A stretch of DNA of 64,000 nt, from assembly GCA_964016885.1 (NCBI GenBank), contig OZ024742.1, forward strand, positions 6,634,001 through 6,698,000, given 5' to 3'. The notes under the pieces are model-generated. The model did not search any database. It was not told the DNA's origin and worked only from the letters and a program-made list of their open reading frames with translations. This document shows, one piece after another, positions 40,400 through 52,340 of the stretch. The number at the start of each line of letters is the position of its first letter. The stretch's first letter is position 1. Both the position numbers and the translations under genes were made by a program. The DNA comes from Eledone cirrhosa. Its lineage: Eukaryota.

Positions 40400-43300
40400 G
40401 GAAGGAACTTTATATTGTATAAAGTGTCGTGGGTGGTGTAGTAAGGACTGTGAGGTGATATAGCTGTAAGGAGAGGAAGTGGAAGGACCTTTATATAGTA
40501 TAAAGTGTCGTGGGTGGTGTTGTAAGGACTCTGAGGTGATATAGCTGTAAGGAGAGGAAGTGGAAGGAACTTTATATAGTATAAAGTGTCGTGGGTGGTG
40601 TTGTAAGGGCTGTGAGGTGATATAACTGAAAGGAGAGGAAGTGGAAGGAACTTTATATAGTATAAAGTGTCGTGGGTGGTGTTGTAAGGACTGTGAGGTG
40701 ATATAGCTGTAAGGAGAGGAAGTGGAAGGACATTTATATAGTATAAAGTGTCGTGGGTGGTGTTGTAAGGACTGTGAGGTGATATAGCTGTAAGGAGAGG
40801 AAGTGGAAGGACCTTTATATAGTATAAAGTGTCGTGCGTGGTGTTGTATGCACTGTGATGTGATATAGTTGTAAGGAGAGGAAGTGGAAGGACCTTTGTA
40901 TTGTATAAAGTGTCGTGAGTGGTGTTGTAAGGACTGTGAGGTGATATAACTGAAAGGAGAGGAAGTGGTAGGAACTTTATATAGTATAAAGTGTCGTGGG
41001 TGGTGTTGTAATAGACTGTGAGGTGATATAGCTGTAAGGAGAGGAAGTGGAAGGAACTTTATATTGTATAAAGTGTCGTGGGTGGTGTTGTAAGGACTGT
41101 GAGGTGATATAGCTGTAAGGAGAGGAAGTAGAAGGACCTTTATATAGTATGAAGTGTAGTGGGTTGTGTTGTAAGGACGGTGATGTGATATAGCTGTAAG
41201 GAGAGGAAGTGGAAGGACCTTTAAATAGTATAAAGTGTCGTGGGTGGTGTTGTATGGACTGTGAGGTGATATAGCTGCAAGGAGAGGAAGTGGAAGGACC
41301 TTTATATTGTATGAAATTTCGTGAGTGCTGTTGTAAGGACTGTGAGGTAATATAGCTGTAAGGAGAGGAAGTGGAAGGACCTTTATATTGTATGAAGTGT
41401 CGTGGGTGGTCTTGTAAGGTCTGTGAGGTGATATAGCTGCAAGGAGAGGAAGAGGAAGGACCTTTATATATTATAAAGTGTCGTGGGTGGTGTTGTAAGG
41501 ACTGTGAGGTGATATGGCTGTAAAGAGAGGAAGTGGAAGGAACTTTAAATAGTATGAAGTGTCGTGGGTGGTGTTCTAAGGACTGTGAGATGATATAGCT
41601 GAAAGGAGAGGAAGTGAAAGGACCTTTATATTGTATAAAGTGAAGTGAGTGGTGTTGTAAGGACTGTGAGGTGATATAACTGAAAGGAGAGGAAGTGGAA
41701 GGAACTTTATATTGTATAAAGTGTCGTGGGTGGTGTTGTAAGGACTGTGAGGTGATATAGCTGTAAGGAGAGGAAGTGGAAGGACATTTATATAGTATAT
41801 AGTGTCGTGGGTGGTGTTGTAAAGACCGTGAGGTGATATAGCTGTAAGGAGAGGAAGTGGAAAGACCTTTATATAGTATAAAGTGTCGTGGGTGGTGTTG
41901 TAATAGACTGTGAGGTGATATAGCTGTAAGGAGAGGGAGTGGAAGGAACTTTATATTGTATAAAGTGTCGTGGGTGGTGTTGTAAGGACTGTGAGGTGAT
42001 ATAGCTGTAAGGAGAGGAAGTGGAAGGACCTTTATATAGTATAAAGTGTCGTGGGTGGTGTTGTAAGGACTCTGAGGTGATATAGCTGTAAGGAGAGGAA
42101 GTGGAAGGAACTTTATATAGTATAAAGTGTCGTGGGTGGTGTTGTAAGGGCTGTGAGGTGATATAACTGAAAGGAGAGGAAGTGGAAGGAACTTTATATA
42201 GTATAAAGTGTCGTGGGTGGTGTTGTAAGGACTGTGAGGTGATATAGCTGTAAGGAGAGGAAGTGGAAGGACATTTATATAGTATAAAGTGTCGTGGGTG
42301 GTGTTGTAAGGACTGTGAGGTGATATAGCTGTAAGGAGAGGAAGTGGAAGGACCTTTATATAGTATAAAGTGTCGTGCGTGGTGTTGTATGGACTGTGAT
42401 GTGATATAGTTGTAAGGAGAGGAAGTGGAAGGACCTTTGTATTGTATAAAGTGTCGTGAGTGGTGTTGTAAGGACTGTGAGGTGATATAACTGAAAGGAG
42501 AGGAAGTGGTAGGAACTTTATATAGTATAAAGTGTCGTGGGTGGTGTTGTAATAGACTGTGAGGTGATATAGCTGTAAGGAGAGGAAGTGGAAGGAACTT
42601 TATATTGTATAAAGTGTCGTGGGTGGTGTTGTAAGGACTGTGAGGTGATATAGCTGTAAGGAGAGGAAGTAGAAGGACCTTTATATAGTATGAAGTGTAG
42701 TGGGTTGTGTTGTAAGGACGGTGATGTGATATAGCTGTAAGGAGAGGAAGTGGAAGGACCTTTATATTGTATGGAGTGTCGTGGGTGGTGTTGTAAGGAC
42801 TGTGAGGTGATATAGCTGTAAGGAGAGGAAGTGGAAGGACCTTTATATTGTATGAAGTTTCGTGAGTGCTGTTGTAAGGACTGTGAGGTGATATAGCTGT
42901 AAGGAGAGGAAGTGGAAGGACCTTTATATTGTATGAAGTTTCGTGAGTGCTGTTGTAAGGACTGTGAGGTGATATATCTGTAAGGAGAGGAAGTGGAAGG
43001 ACCTTTATATTGTATGAAGTGTCGTGGGTGGTCTTGTAAGGTCTGTGAGGTGATATAGCTGCAAGGAGAGGAAGAGGAAGGACCTTTATATATTATAAAG
43101 TGTCGTGGGTGGTGTTGTAAGGACTGTGAGGTGATATGGCTGTAAGGAGAGGAAGTGGAAGGAACTTTAAATAGTATGAAGTGTCGTGGGTGGTGTTCTA
43201 AGGACTGTGAGATGATATAGCTGAAAGGAGAGGAAGTGAAAGGACCTTTATATTGTATAAAGTGAAGTGAGTGGTGTTGTAAGGACTGTGAGGTGATATA

Positions 43301-46300
43301 ACTGAAAGGAGAGGAAGTAGAAGGAACTTTATATTGTATAAAGTGTCGTGGGTGGTGTTGTAAGGACTGTGAGGTGATATAGCTGTAAGGAGAGGAAGTG
43401 GAAGGACATTTATATAGTATATAGTGTCGTGGGTGGTGTTGTAAAGACCGTGAGGTGATATAGCTGTAAGGAGAGGAAGTGGAAAGTCCTTTATATAGTA
43501 TAAAGTGTCGTGGGTGGTGTTGTAATAGACTGTGAGGTGATATAGCTGTAAGGAGAGGAAGTGGAAGGAACTTTATATTGTATAAAGTGTCGTGGGTGGT
43601 GTTGTAAGGACTGTGAGGTGATATAGCTGTAAGGAGAGGAAGTGGAAGGACCTTTATATAGTATAAAGTGTCGTGGGTGGTGTTGTAAGGACTCTGAGGT
43701 GATATAGCTGTAAGGAGAGGAAGTGGAAGGAACTTTATATAGTATAAAGTGTCGTGGGTGGTGTTGTAAGGACTGTGAGGTGATATAGCTGTAAGGAGAG
43801 GAAGTGGAAGGACATTTATATAGTATAAAGTGTCGTGGGTGGTGTTGTAAGGACTGTGAGGTGATATAGCTGTAAGGAGAAGAAGTGGAAGGACCTTTAT
43901 ATAGTATAAAGTGTCGTGCGTGGTGTTGTATGGACTGTGATGTGATATAGTTGTAAGGAGAGGAAGTGGAAGGACCTTTGTATTGTATAAAGTGTCGTGA
44001 GTGGTGTTGTAAGGACTGTGAGGTGATATAACTGAAAGGAGAGGAAGTGGTAGGAACTTTATATAGTATAAAGTGTCGTGGGTGGTGTTGTCATAGACTG
44101 TGAGGTGATATAGCTGTAAGGAGAGGAAGTGGAAGGAACTTTATATTGTATAAAGTGTCGTGGGTGGTGTTGTAAGGACTGTGAGGTGATATAGCTGTAA
44201 GGAGAGGAAGTGGAAGGACCTTTATATAGTATGAAGTGTAGTGGGTTGTGTTGTAAGGACGGTGATGTGATATAGCTGTAAGGAGAGGAAGTGGAAGGAC
44301 CTTTAAATAGTATAAAGTGTCGTGGGTGGTGTTGTATGGACTGTGAGGTGATATAGCTGCAAGGAGAGGAAGTGGAAGGACCTTTATATTGTATGAAGTG
44401 TCGTGGGTGGTGTTGTAAGGACTGTGAGGTGATATAGCTGTAAGGAGAGGAAGTGGAAGGACCTTTATATTGTATGAAGTTTCGTGAGTGCTGTTGTAAG
44501 GACTGTGAGGTGATATAGCTGTAAGGAGAGGCAGTGGAAGGACCTTTATATTGTATGAAGTGTCGTGGGTGGTCTTGTAAGGTCTGTGAGGTGATATAGC
44601 TGCAAGGAGAGGAAGAGGAAGGACCTTTATATATTATAAAGTGTCGTGGGTGGTGTTGTAAGGACTGTGAGGTGATATGGCTGTAAGGAGAGGAAGTGGA
44701 AGGAACTTTAAATAGTATGAAGTGTCGTGGGTGGTGTTCTAAGGACTGTGAGATGATATAGCTGAAAGGAGAGGAAGTGAAAGGACCTTTATATTGTATA
44801 AAGTGAAGTGAGTGGTGTTGTAAGGACTGTGAGGTGATATAACTGAAAGGAGAGGAAGTGGAAGGACCTTTATATAGTATAAAGTGTCGTGGGTGGTGTT
44901 GTAAGGACTGTGAGGTGATATAGCTGTAAGGAGAGGAAGTGGAAGGACATTTATATAGTATAAAGTGTCGTGGGTGGTGTTGTAAGGACTGTGAGGTGAT
45001 ATAGTTGTAAGGAGAGGAAGTGAAAGGACCTTTATATTGTATAAAGTGAAGTGAGTGGTGTTGTAAGGACTGTGAGGTGATATAACTGAAAGGAGAGGAA
45101 GTGGAAGGAACTTTATATTGTATAAAGTGTCGTGGGTGGTATTGTAAGGACCGTGAGGTGATATAGCTGTAAGGAGAGGAAGTGGAAGGACATTTATATA
45201 GTATATAGTGTCGTGGGTGGTGTTGTAAAGACCGTGAGGTGATATAGCTGTAAGTAGAGGAAGTGGAAAGACCTTTATATAGTATAAAGTGTCGTGGGTG
45301 GTGTTGTAATAGACTGTGAGGTGATATAGCTGTAAGGAGAGGGAGTGGAAGGAACTTTATATTGTATAAAGTGTCGTGGGTGGTGTTGTAAGGACTGTGA
45401 GGTGATATAGCTGTAAGGAGAGGAAGTGGAAGGACCTTTATATAGTATAAAGTGTCGTGGGTGGTGTTGTAAGGACTCTGAGGTGATATAGCTGTAAGGA
45501 GAGGAAGTGGAAGGAACTTTATATAGTATAAAGTGTCGTGGGTGGTGTTGTAAGGGCTGTGAGGTGATATAACTGAAAGGAGAGGAAGTGGAAGGAACTT
45601 TATATAGTATAAAGTGTCGTGGGTGGTGTTGTAAGGACTCTGAGGTGATATAGCTGTAAGGAGAGGAAGTGGAAGGACATTTATATAGTATAAAGTGTCG
45701 TGGGTGGTGTTGTAAGGACTGTGAGGTGATATAGCTGTAAGGAGAGGAAGTGGAAGGACCTTTATATAGTATAAAGTGTCGTGCGTGGTGTTGTATGGAC
45801 TGTGATGTGATATAGTTGTAAGGAGAGGAAGTGGAAGGACCTTTGTATTGTATAAAGTGTCGTGAGTGGTGTTGTAAGGACTGTGAGGTGATATAACTGA
45901 AAGGAGAGGAAGTGGTAGGAACTTTATATAGTATAAAGTGTCGTGGGTGGTGTTGTAATAGACTGTGAGGTGATATAGCTGTAAGGAGAGGAAGTGGAAG
46001 GAACTTTATATTGTATAAAGTGTCGTGGGTGGTGTTGTAAGGACTGTGAGGTGATATAGCTGTAAGGAGAGGAAGTAGAAGGACCTTTATATAGTATGAA
46101 GTGTAGTGGGTTGTGTTGTAAGGACGGTGATGTGATATAGCTGTAAGGAGAGGAAGTGGAAGGACCTTTATATTGTATGGAGTGTCGTGGGTGGTGTTGT
46201 AAGGACTGTGAGGTGATATAGCTGTAAGGAGAGGAAGTGGAAGGACCTTTATATTGTATGAAGTTTCGTGAGTGCTGTTGTAAGGACTGTGAGGTGATAT

Positions 46301-46900
46301 AGCTGTAAGGAGAGGAAGTGGAAGGACCTTTATATTGTATGAAGTGTCGTGGGTGGTCTTGTAAGGTCTGTGAGGTGATATAGCTGCAAGGAGAGGAAGA
46401 GGAAGGACCTTTATATATTATAAAGTGTCGTGGGTGGTGTTGTAAGGACTGTGAGGTGATATGGCTGTAAGGAGAGGAAGTGGAAGGAACTTTAAATAGT
46501 ATGAAGTGTCGTGGGTGGTGTTCTAAGGACTGTGAGATGATATAGCTGAAAGGAGAGGAAGTGAAAGGACCTTTATATTGTATAAAGTGAAGTGAGTGGT
46601 GTTGTAAGGACTGTGAGGTGATATAACTGAAAGGAGAGGAAGTAGAAGGAACTTTATATTGTATAAAGTGTCGTGGGTGGTGTTGTAAGGACTGTGAGGT
46701 GATATAGCTGTAAGGAGAGGAAGTGGAAGGACATTTATATAGTATATAGTGTCGTGGGTGGTGTTGTAAAGACCGTGAGGTGATATAGCTGTAAGGAGAG
46801 GAAGTGGAAAGTCCTTTATATAGTATAAAGTGTCGTGGGTGGTGTTGTAATAGACTGTGAGGTGATATAGCTGTAAGGAGAGGAAGTGGAAGGAACTTTA
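40400..46900 (+). repeat. Higher-order repeat, about 19-monomer unit, ~4 copies
   Basis: The variant C in gtcgtgcgtgg lies at 40837, 42378, 43919 and 45784: spacings 1541, 1541, 1865 (19x81+2, 19x81+2, 23x81+2). Each unit also carries tggtaggaac and two 82-bp monomers with a 1-bp insertion (aatagac or catagac). Confidence 0.82.
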
Positions 46901-48447
46901 TATTGTATAAAGTGTCGTGGGTGGTGTTGTAAGAACTGTGATGTGATATAGCTGTAAGGAGAGGAAGTGGAAGGACATTTATATAGTATAAAGTGTCGTG
47001 GGTGGTGTTGTAAGGACTGTGAGGTGATATAGCTGCAAGAAGAGGAAGTGGAAGGAACATCATATAGCATAAAGTGTTGTGGGTGGTGTTGTAAAGACTG
47101 TGAGGTGATATAGCTGTAAGGAGAGGAAGTGGAAGGACCTTTATATAGTATAAAGTGTCGTGGGTGGTGTTGTAAGAACTGTGATGTGATATAGCTGTAA
47201 GGAGAGGAAGCGGAAGGACATTTATATAGTATAAAGTGTCGTGGGTGGTATTGTAAGGACTGTGAGGTGATATAGCTGCAAGAAGAGGAAGTGGAAGGAA
47301 CATCATATAGCATAAAGTGTCGTGGGTCGTGTTGTAAAGACTGTGAGGTGATATAGCTGTAAGGAGAGGAAGTGGAAGGACCTTTATATAGTATAAAGTG
47401 TTGTGGGTGGTGTTGTATGGACTGTGATGTGATATAGCTATAAGGAGAGGAAGTGGAAGGACCTTTATATAGTATAAAGTGTCGTGGGTGGTGTTGTAAG
47501 AACTGTGATGTGATATAGCTGTAAGGAGAGGAAGTGGAAGGACATTTATATAGTATAAAGTGTCGTGGGTGGTGTTGTAAGGACTGTGAGGTGATATAGC
47601 TGTAATGAGAGGAAGTGGAAGGACATTTATATAGTATAAAGTGTCGTGGGTGGTGTTGTAAGGACTGTGAGGTGATATAACTGAAAGGAGAGGAAGTGGA
47701 AGGACCATTATATAGTATAAAGTGTCGTGGGTGGTGTTGTAATAGACTGTGAGGTGATATAGCTGTAAGGAGAGGAAGTGGAAGGAACTTTATAATGTAT
47801 AAAGTGTCATGAGTGGTGTTGTAAGGACTGTGAGGTGATATAGCTGTAAGGAGAGGAAGTAGAAGGACCTTTATATAGTATGAAGTGTAGTGGGTGGTGT
47901 TGTAAGGACTGTGATGTGATATAGCTGTAAGGAGAGGAAGTGGAAGGACCTTTAAATAGTATAAAGTGTCGTGGGTTGTGTTGTATGGACTGTGAGGTGA
48001 TATAGCTGCAAGGAGAGGAAGTGGAAGGACCTTTATATTGTATGAAGTGTCGTGGGTGGTCTTGTAAGGACTGTGAGGTGATATAGCTGTAAGGAGAGGA
48101 AGTGGAAGGACCTTTATATTGTATGAAGTGTCGTGAGTGCTGTTGTAAGGACTGTGAGGTGATATAGCTGTAAGGAGAGGAAGTTGAAGGACCTTTATAT
48201 TGTATGAAGTGTCGTGGGTGGTCTTGTAAGGTCTGTGAGGTGATATAGCTGCAAGGAGAGTAAGAGGAAGGAACTTTATATATTATGAAGTGTCGTGGGT
48301 GGTGTTGTAAGGACTGTGAGATGATATAGCTGTAAGGAGAGGAAGTGGAAGGACCTTTATATAGTATGAAGTGTCGTGGGTGGTGTTCTAAAGACTGTGA
48401 GATGATATAGCTGCAAGGAGAGGAAGCGGAAGGACCTTTATATATTA

Positions 48448-49361
48448 CTAGCAGTAAAGCCCGGCGTTGCTCGGGGTCGCTCAGTAGCTGTGTTAAAGTT
48501 ACAATGTTAAGTTTATTTTTTGGCTCAAAAACTGTAGTGTCTACTGTGCAGACTTGCATGTGGTGTTTTTGATTAATATTCCCTCAAACAACAATATGCC
48601 TTATGAAGTTTAGAAAACATAACGATAACCCGAATGTTATAACAAAAGATGATGCTGGGGATAAAAACTGCACTGGTTATTTATTAACAAAGATCGAAAA
48701 TGTAAACACTGCAACGCAGAGAAAAACATTAGCGTAACCAAATTATCAGTTATGTCTGTCTGCACGCCTATATCACCTCTCTGCACGACTGTCTGTCTGC
48801 ACGCCTATATCACCTCGCTGCACGACTGTCTGTCTGCAGCCTATATCACCTCTCTGCACGACTATCTGTCTGCACGCGTATATCACCTCTCTGCACGACT
48901 GTCTGTCTGCACGACTGTCTGTCTACACGCCTAACGACGAAATATTTGCTTGTTTTACGTAGTCTTTAAATAGACTTGTTTTCAAGTAAAAATATTGTTT
49001 TAAAATGCTTTTAAATGGAAATGAAGCAAAACGGAAGCTTAGTGTTCGAACTGATGAATTTTGCAGGTCAATATTTTGCTGGCTCAACAACTGTTAATGC
49101 CAGCGTGATTTTTTACGTAAGACGCTCAATGTAAACAGAACAAAGGGAAATAACTGATCACTTACGCTCAAAAATCGATACATTATATTCGATTTCGTCA
49201 CATAGGGCGGGTCAATTTGAAATTATTTTTTTTCCGATGTCTTCGCTAGGGCTCACTGTACAAGTATAGCAATTTCGGTGCAATTCCGTGAGAGATTCTA
49301 AGAGGAGATGTGTGCCAAAAATCGATAGACAGACAGACAACCACAGTTTTATATATATAGA
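48448..49361 (-). mobile_element. Non-autonomous Helitron, copy 1 (914 bp, monomeric)
   Basis: Minus strand starts TCTATATATATAAAACTGTGGTTGTCTGTCTGTCT and ends ...CCCGAGCAACGCCGGG-CTTTACTG-CTAG. The hairpin at 48460-48475 lies 8 nt from CTAG. Host A precedes and T follows, with no TSD. Removing it restores the satellite variant ctttatatatta|taaagtgtc. No RepHel ORF. Confidence 0.9.
48753..48931 (+). repeat. Helitron-internal 37-bp minisatellite (tgtctgtctgcacgcctatatcacctctctgcacgac), ~4 units plus 15-bp subunits
   Basis: Direct reading. Equivalent arrays start at 51126, 51768, 54755, 55377 and ~57158, with varying unit number. Confidence 0.92.
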
Positions 49362-50820
49362 TAAAGTGTCGTGGGTGGTGTTGTAAGGACTGTGAGGTGA
49401 TATAGCTGTAAGGAGAGGAAGTGGAAGGAACTTTATATAGTATAAAGTGTCGTGGGTGGTGTTGTAAGAACTGTGATGTGATATAGCTGTAAGGAGAGGA
49501 AGTGGAAGGACATTTATATCGTATAAAGTGTCGTGGGTGGTGTTGTAAGGACTGTGATGTGATATAGCTGTAAGGAGAGGAAGCGGAAGGACATTTATAT
49601 AGTATAAAGTGTCGTGGGTGGTATTGTAAGGACTGTGAGGTGATATAGCTGCAAGAAGAGGAAGTGGAAGGAACATCATATAGCATAAAGTGTCGTGGGT
49701 CGTGTTGTAAAGACTGTGAGGTGATATAGCTGTAAGGAGAGGAAGTGGAAGGACCTTTATATAGTATAAAGTGTTGTGGGTGGTGTTGTATGGACTGTGA
49801 TGTGATATAGCTATAAGGAGAGGAAGTGGAAGGACCTTTATATAGTATGAAGTGTCGTGGGTGGTGTTGTAAGAACTGTGATGTGATATAGCTGTAAGGA
49901 GAGGAAGTGGAAGGACATTTATATAGTATAAAGTGTCGTGGGTGGTGTTGTAAGGACTGTGAGGTGATATAGCTGTAATGAGAGGAAGTGGAAGGACATT
50001 TATATAGTATAAAGTGTCGTGGGTGGTGTTGTAAGGACTGTGAGGTGATATAACTGAAAGGAGAGGAAGTGGAAGGACCATTATATAGTATAAAGTGTCG
50101 TGGGTGGTGTTGTAATAGACTGTGAGGTGATATAGCTGTAAGGAGAGGAAGTGGAAGGAACTTTATAATGTATAAAGTGTCATGAGTGGTGTTGTAAGGA
50201 CTGTGAGGTGATATAGCTGTAAGGAGAGGAAGTAGAAGGACCTTTATATAGTATGAAGTGTAGTGGGTGGTGTTGTAAGGACTGTGATGTGATATAGCTG
50301 TAAGGAGAGGAAGTGGAAGGACCTTTAAATAGTATAAAGTGTCGTGGGTTGTGTTGTATGGACTGTGAGGTGATATAGCTGCAAGGAGAGGAAGTGGAAG
50401 GACCTTTATATTGTATGAAGTGTCGTGGGTGGTCTTGTAAGGACTGTGAGGTGATATAGCTGTAAGGAGAGGAAGTGGAAGGACCTTTATATTGTATGAA
50501 GTGTCGTGAGTGCTGTTGTAAGGACTGTGAGGTGATATAGCTGTAAGGAGAGGAAGTGGAAGGACCTTTATATTGTATGAAGTGTCGTGGGTGGTCTTGT
50601 AAGGTCTGTGAGGTGATATAGCTGCAAGGAGAGTAAGAGGAAGGAACTTTATATATTATGAAGTGTCGTGGGTGGTGTTGTAAGGACTGTGAGATGATAT
50701 AGCTGTAAGGAGAGGAAGTGGAAGGACCTTTATATAGTATGAAGTGTCGTGGGTGGTGTTCTAAAGACTGTGAGATGATATAGCTGCAAGGAGAGGAAGC
50801 GGAAGGACCTTTATATATTA

Positions 50821-52340
50821 CTAGCAGTAAAGCCCGGCGTTGCTCGGGGTCGCTCAGTAGCTGTGTTAAAGTTACAATGTTAAGTTTATTTTTTGGCTCA
50901 AAAACTGTAGTGTCTACTGTGCAGACTTGCATGTGGTGTTTTTGATTAATATTCCCTCAAACAACAATATGCCTTATGAAGTTTAGAAAACATAACGATA
51001 ACCCGAATGTTATAACAAAAGATGATGCTGGGGATAAAAACTGCACTGGTTATTTATTAACAAAGATCGAAAATGTAAACACTGCAACGCAGAGAAAAAC
51101 ATTAGCGTAACCAAATTATCAGTTATGTCTGTCTGCACGCCTATATCACCTCTCTGCACGACTGTCTGTCTGCACGCCTATATCACCTCGCTGCACGACT
51201 GTCTGTCTGCAGCCTATATCACCTCTCTGCACGACTATCTGTCTGCACGCGTATATCACCTCTCTGCACGACTGTCTGTCTGCACGACTGTCTGTCTGCA
51301 CGCCTAACGACGAAATATTTGCTTGTTTTACGTAGTCTTTAAATAGACTTGTTTTCAAGTAAAAATACTGTTTTAAAATGCTTTTAAATGGAAATGAAGC
51401 AAAACGGAAGCTTAGTGTTCGAACTGATGAATTTTGCAGGTCAATATTCAGCTGGCTCGACAACTGTTCGTGTATTGTGTTAATGTCATTTTAAACGCTG
51501 AGAAAGCCAGCGTAATTTTTTACGTAAGACGCTCAATGTAAACAGAACAAAGGGAAATAACTGATAACTTACGCTCAAAAATCGATACATTATATTCGAT
51601 TTCGTCACATAGGTTGGGTCAATTTGAAATATTTTTTTTCCGATGTCTTCGCTAGGGCTCAATGTACAAGTATAGCAATTTCGGTGCAATTCCGTGAGAG
51701 ATTCTAAGAGGAGATGTGTGCCAAAAATCGATAGAGAGAAAGACAACCACAGTTTTATATATATAGATGTCTGTCTGCACGCCTATATCACCTCTCTGCA
51801 CGACTGTCTGTCTGCACGCCTATATCAACTCTCTGCACGACTATCTGTCTGCACGCGTATATCACCTCTCTGCACGACTGTCTGTCTGCACGACTGTCTG
51901 TCTGCACGCCTAACGACGAAATATTTGCTTGTTTTACGTAGTCTTTAAATAGACTTGTTTTCAAGTAAAAATATTGTTTTAAAATGCTTTTAAATGGAAA
52001 TGAAGCAAAACGGAAGCTTAGTGTTCGAACTGATGAATTTTGCAGGTCAATATTTTGCTGGCTCGACAACTGTTAATGCCAGCGTGATTTTTTACGTAAG
52101 ACGCTCAATGTAAACAGAACAAAGGGAAATAACTGATCACTTACGCTCAAAAATCGATACATTATATTCGATTTCGTCACATAGGGCGGGTCAATTTGAA
52201 ATTATTTTTTTTCCGATGTCTTCGCTAGGGCTCACTGTACAAGTATAGCAATTTCGGTGCAATTCCGTGAGAGATTCTAAGAGGAGATGTGTGCCAAAAA
52301 TCGATAGACAGACAGACAACCACAGTTTTATATATATAGA
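50821..52340 (-). mobile_element. Non-autonomous Helitron, copy 2 (1520 bp, partial dimer with two 5' ends)
   Basis: CTAG at 50821 with the same hairpin. There is an internal 5' TC end at 51767 and an outer 5' TC end at 52340; segment 51126-51767 is repeated as 51768-52340. Same satellite phase, no TSD. Confidence 0.9.

Noticed and set aside
49051-49075. Hammerhead ribozyme suggested by ctgatga
   Set aside because: No stem II followed by GAAA downstream.
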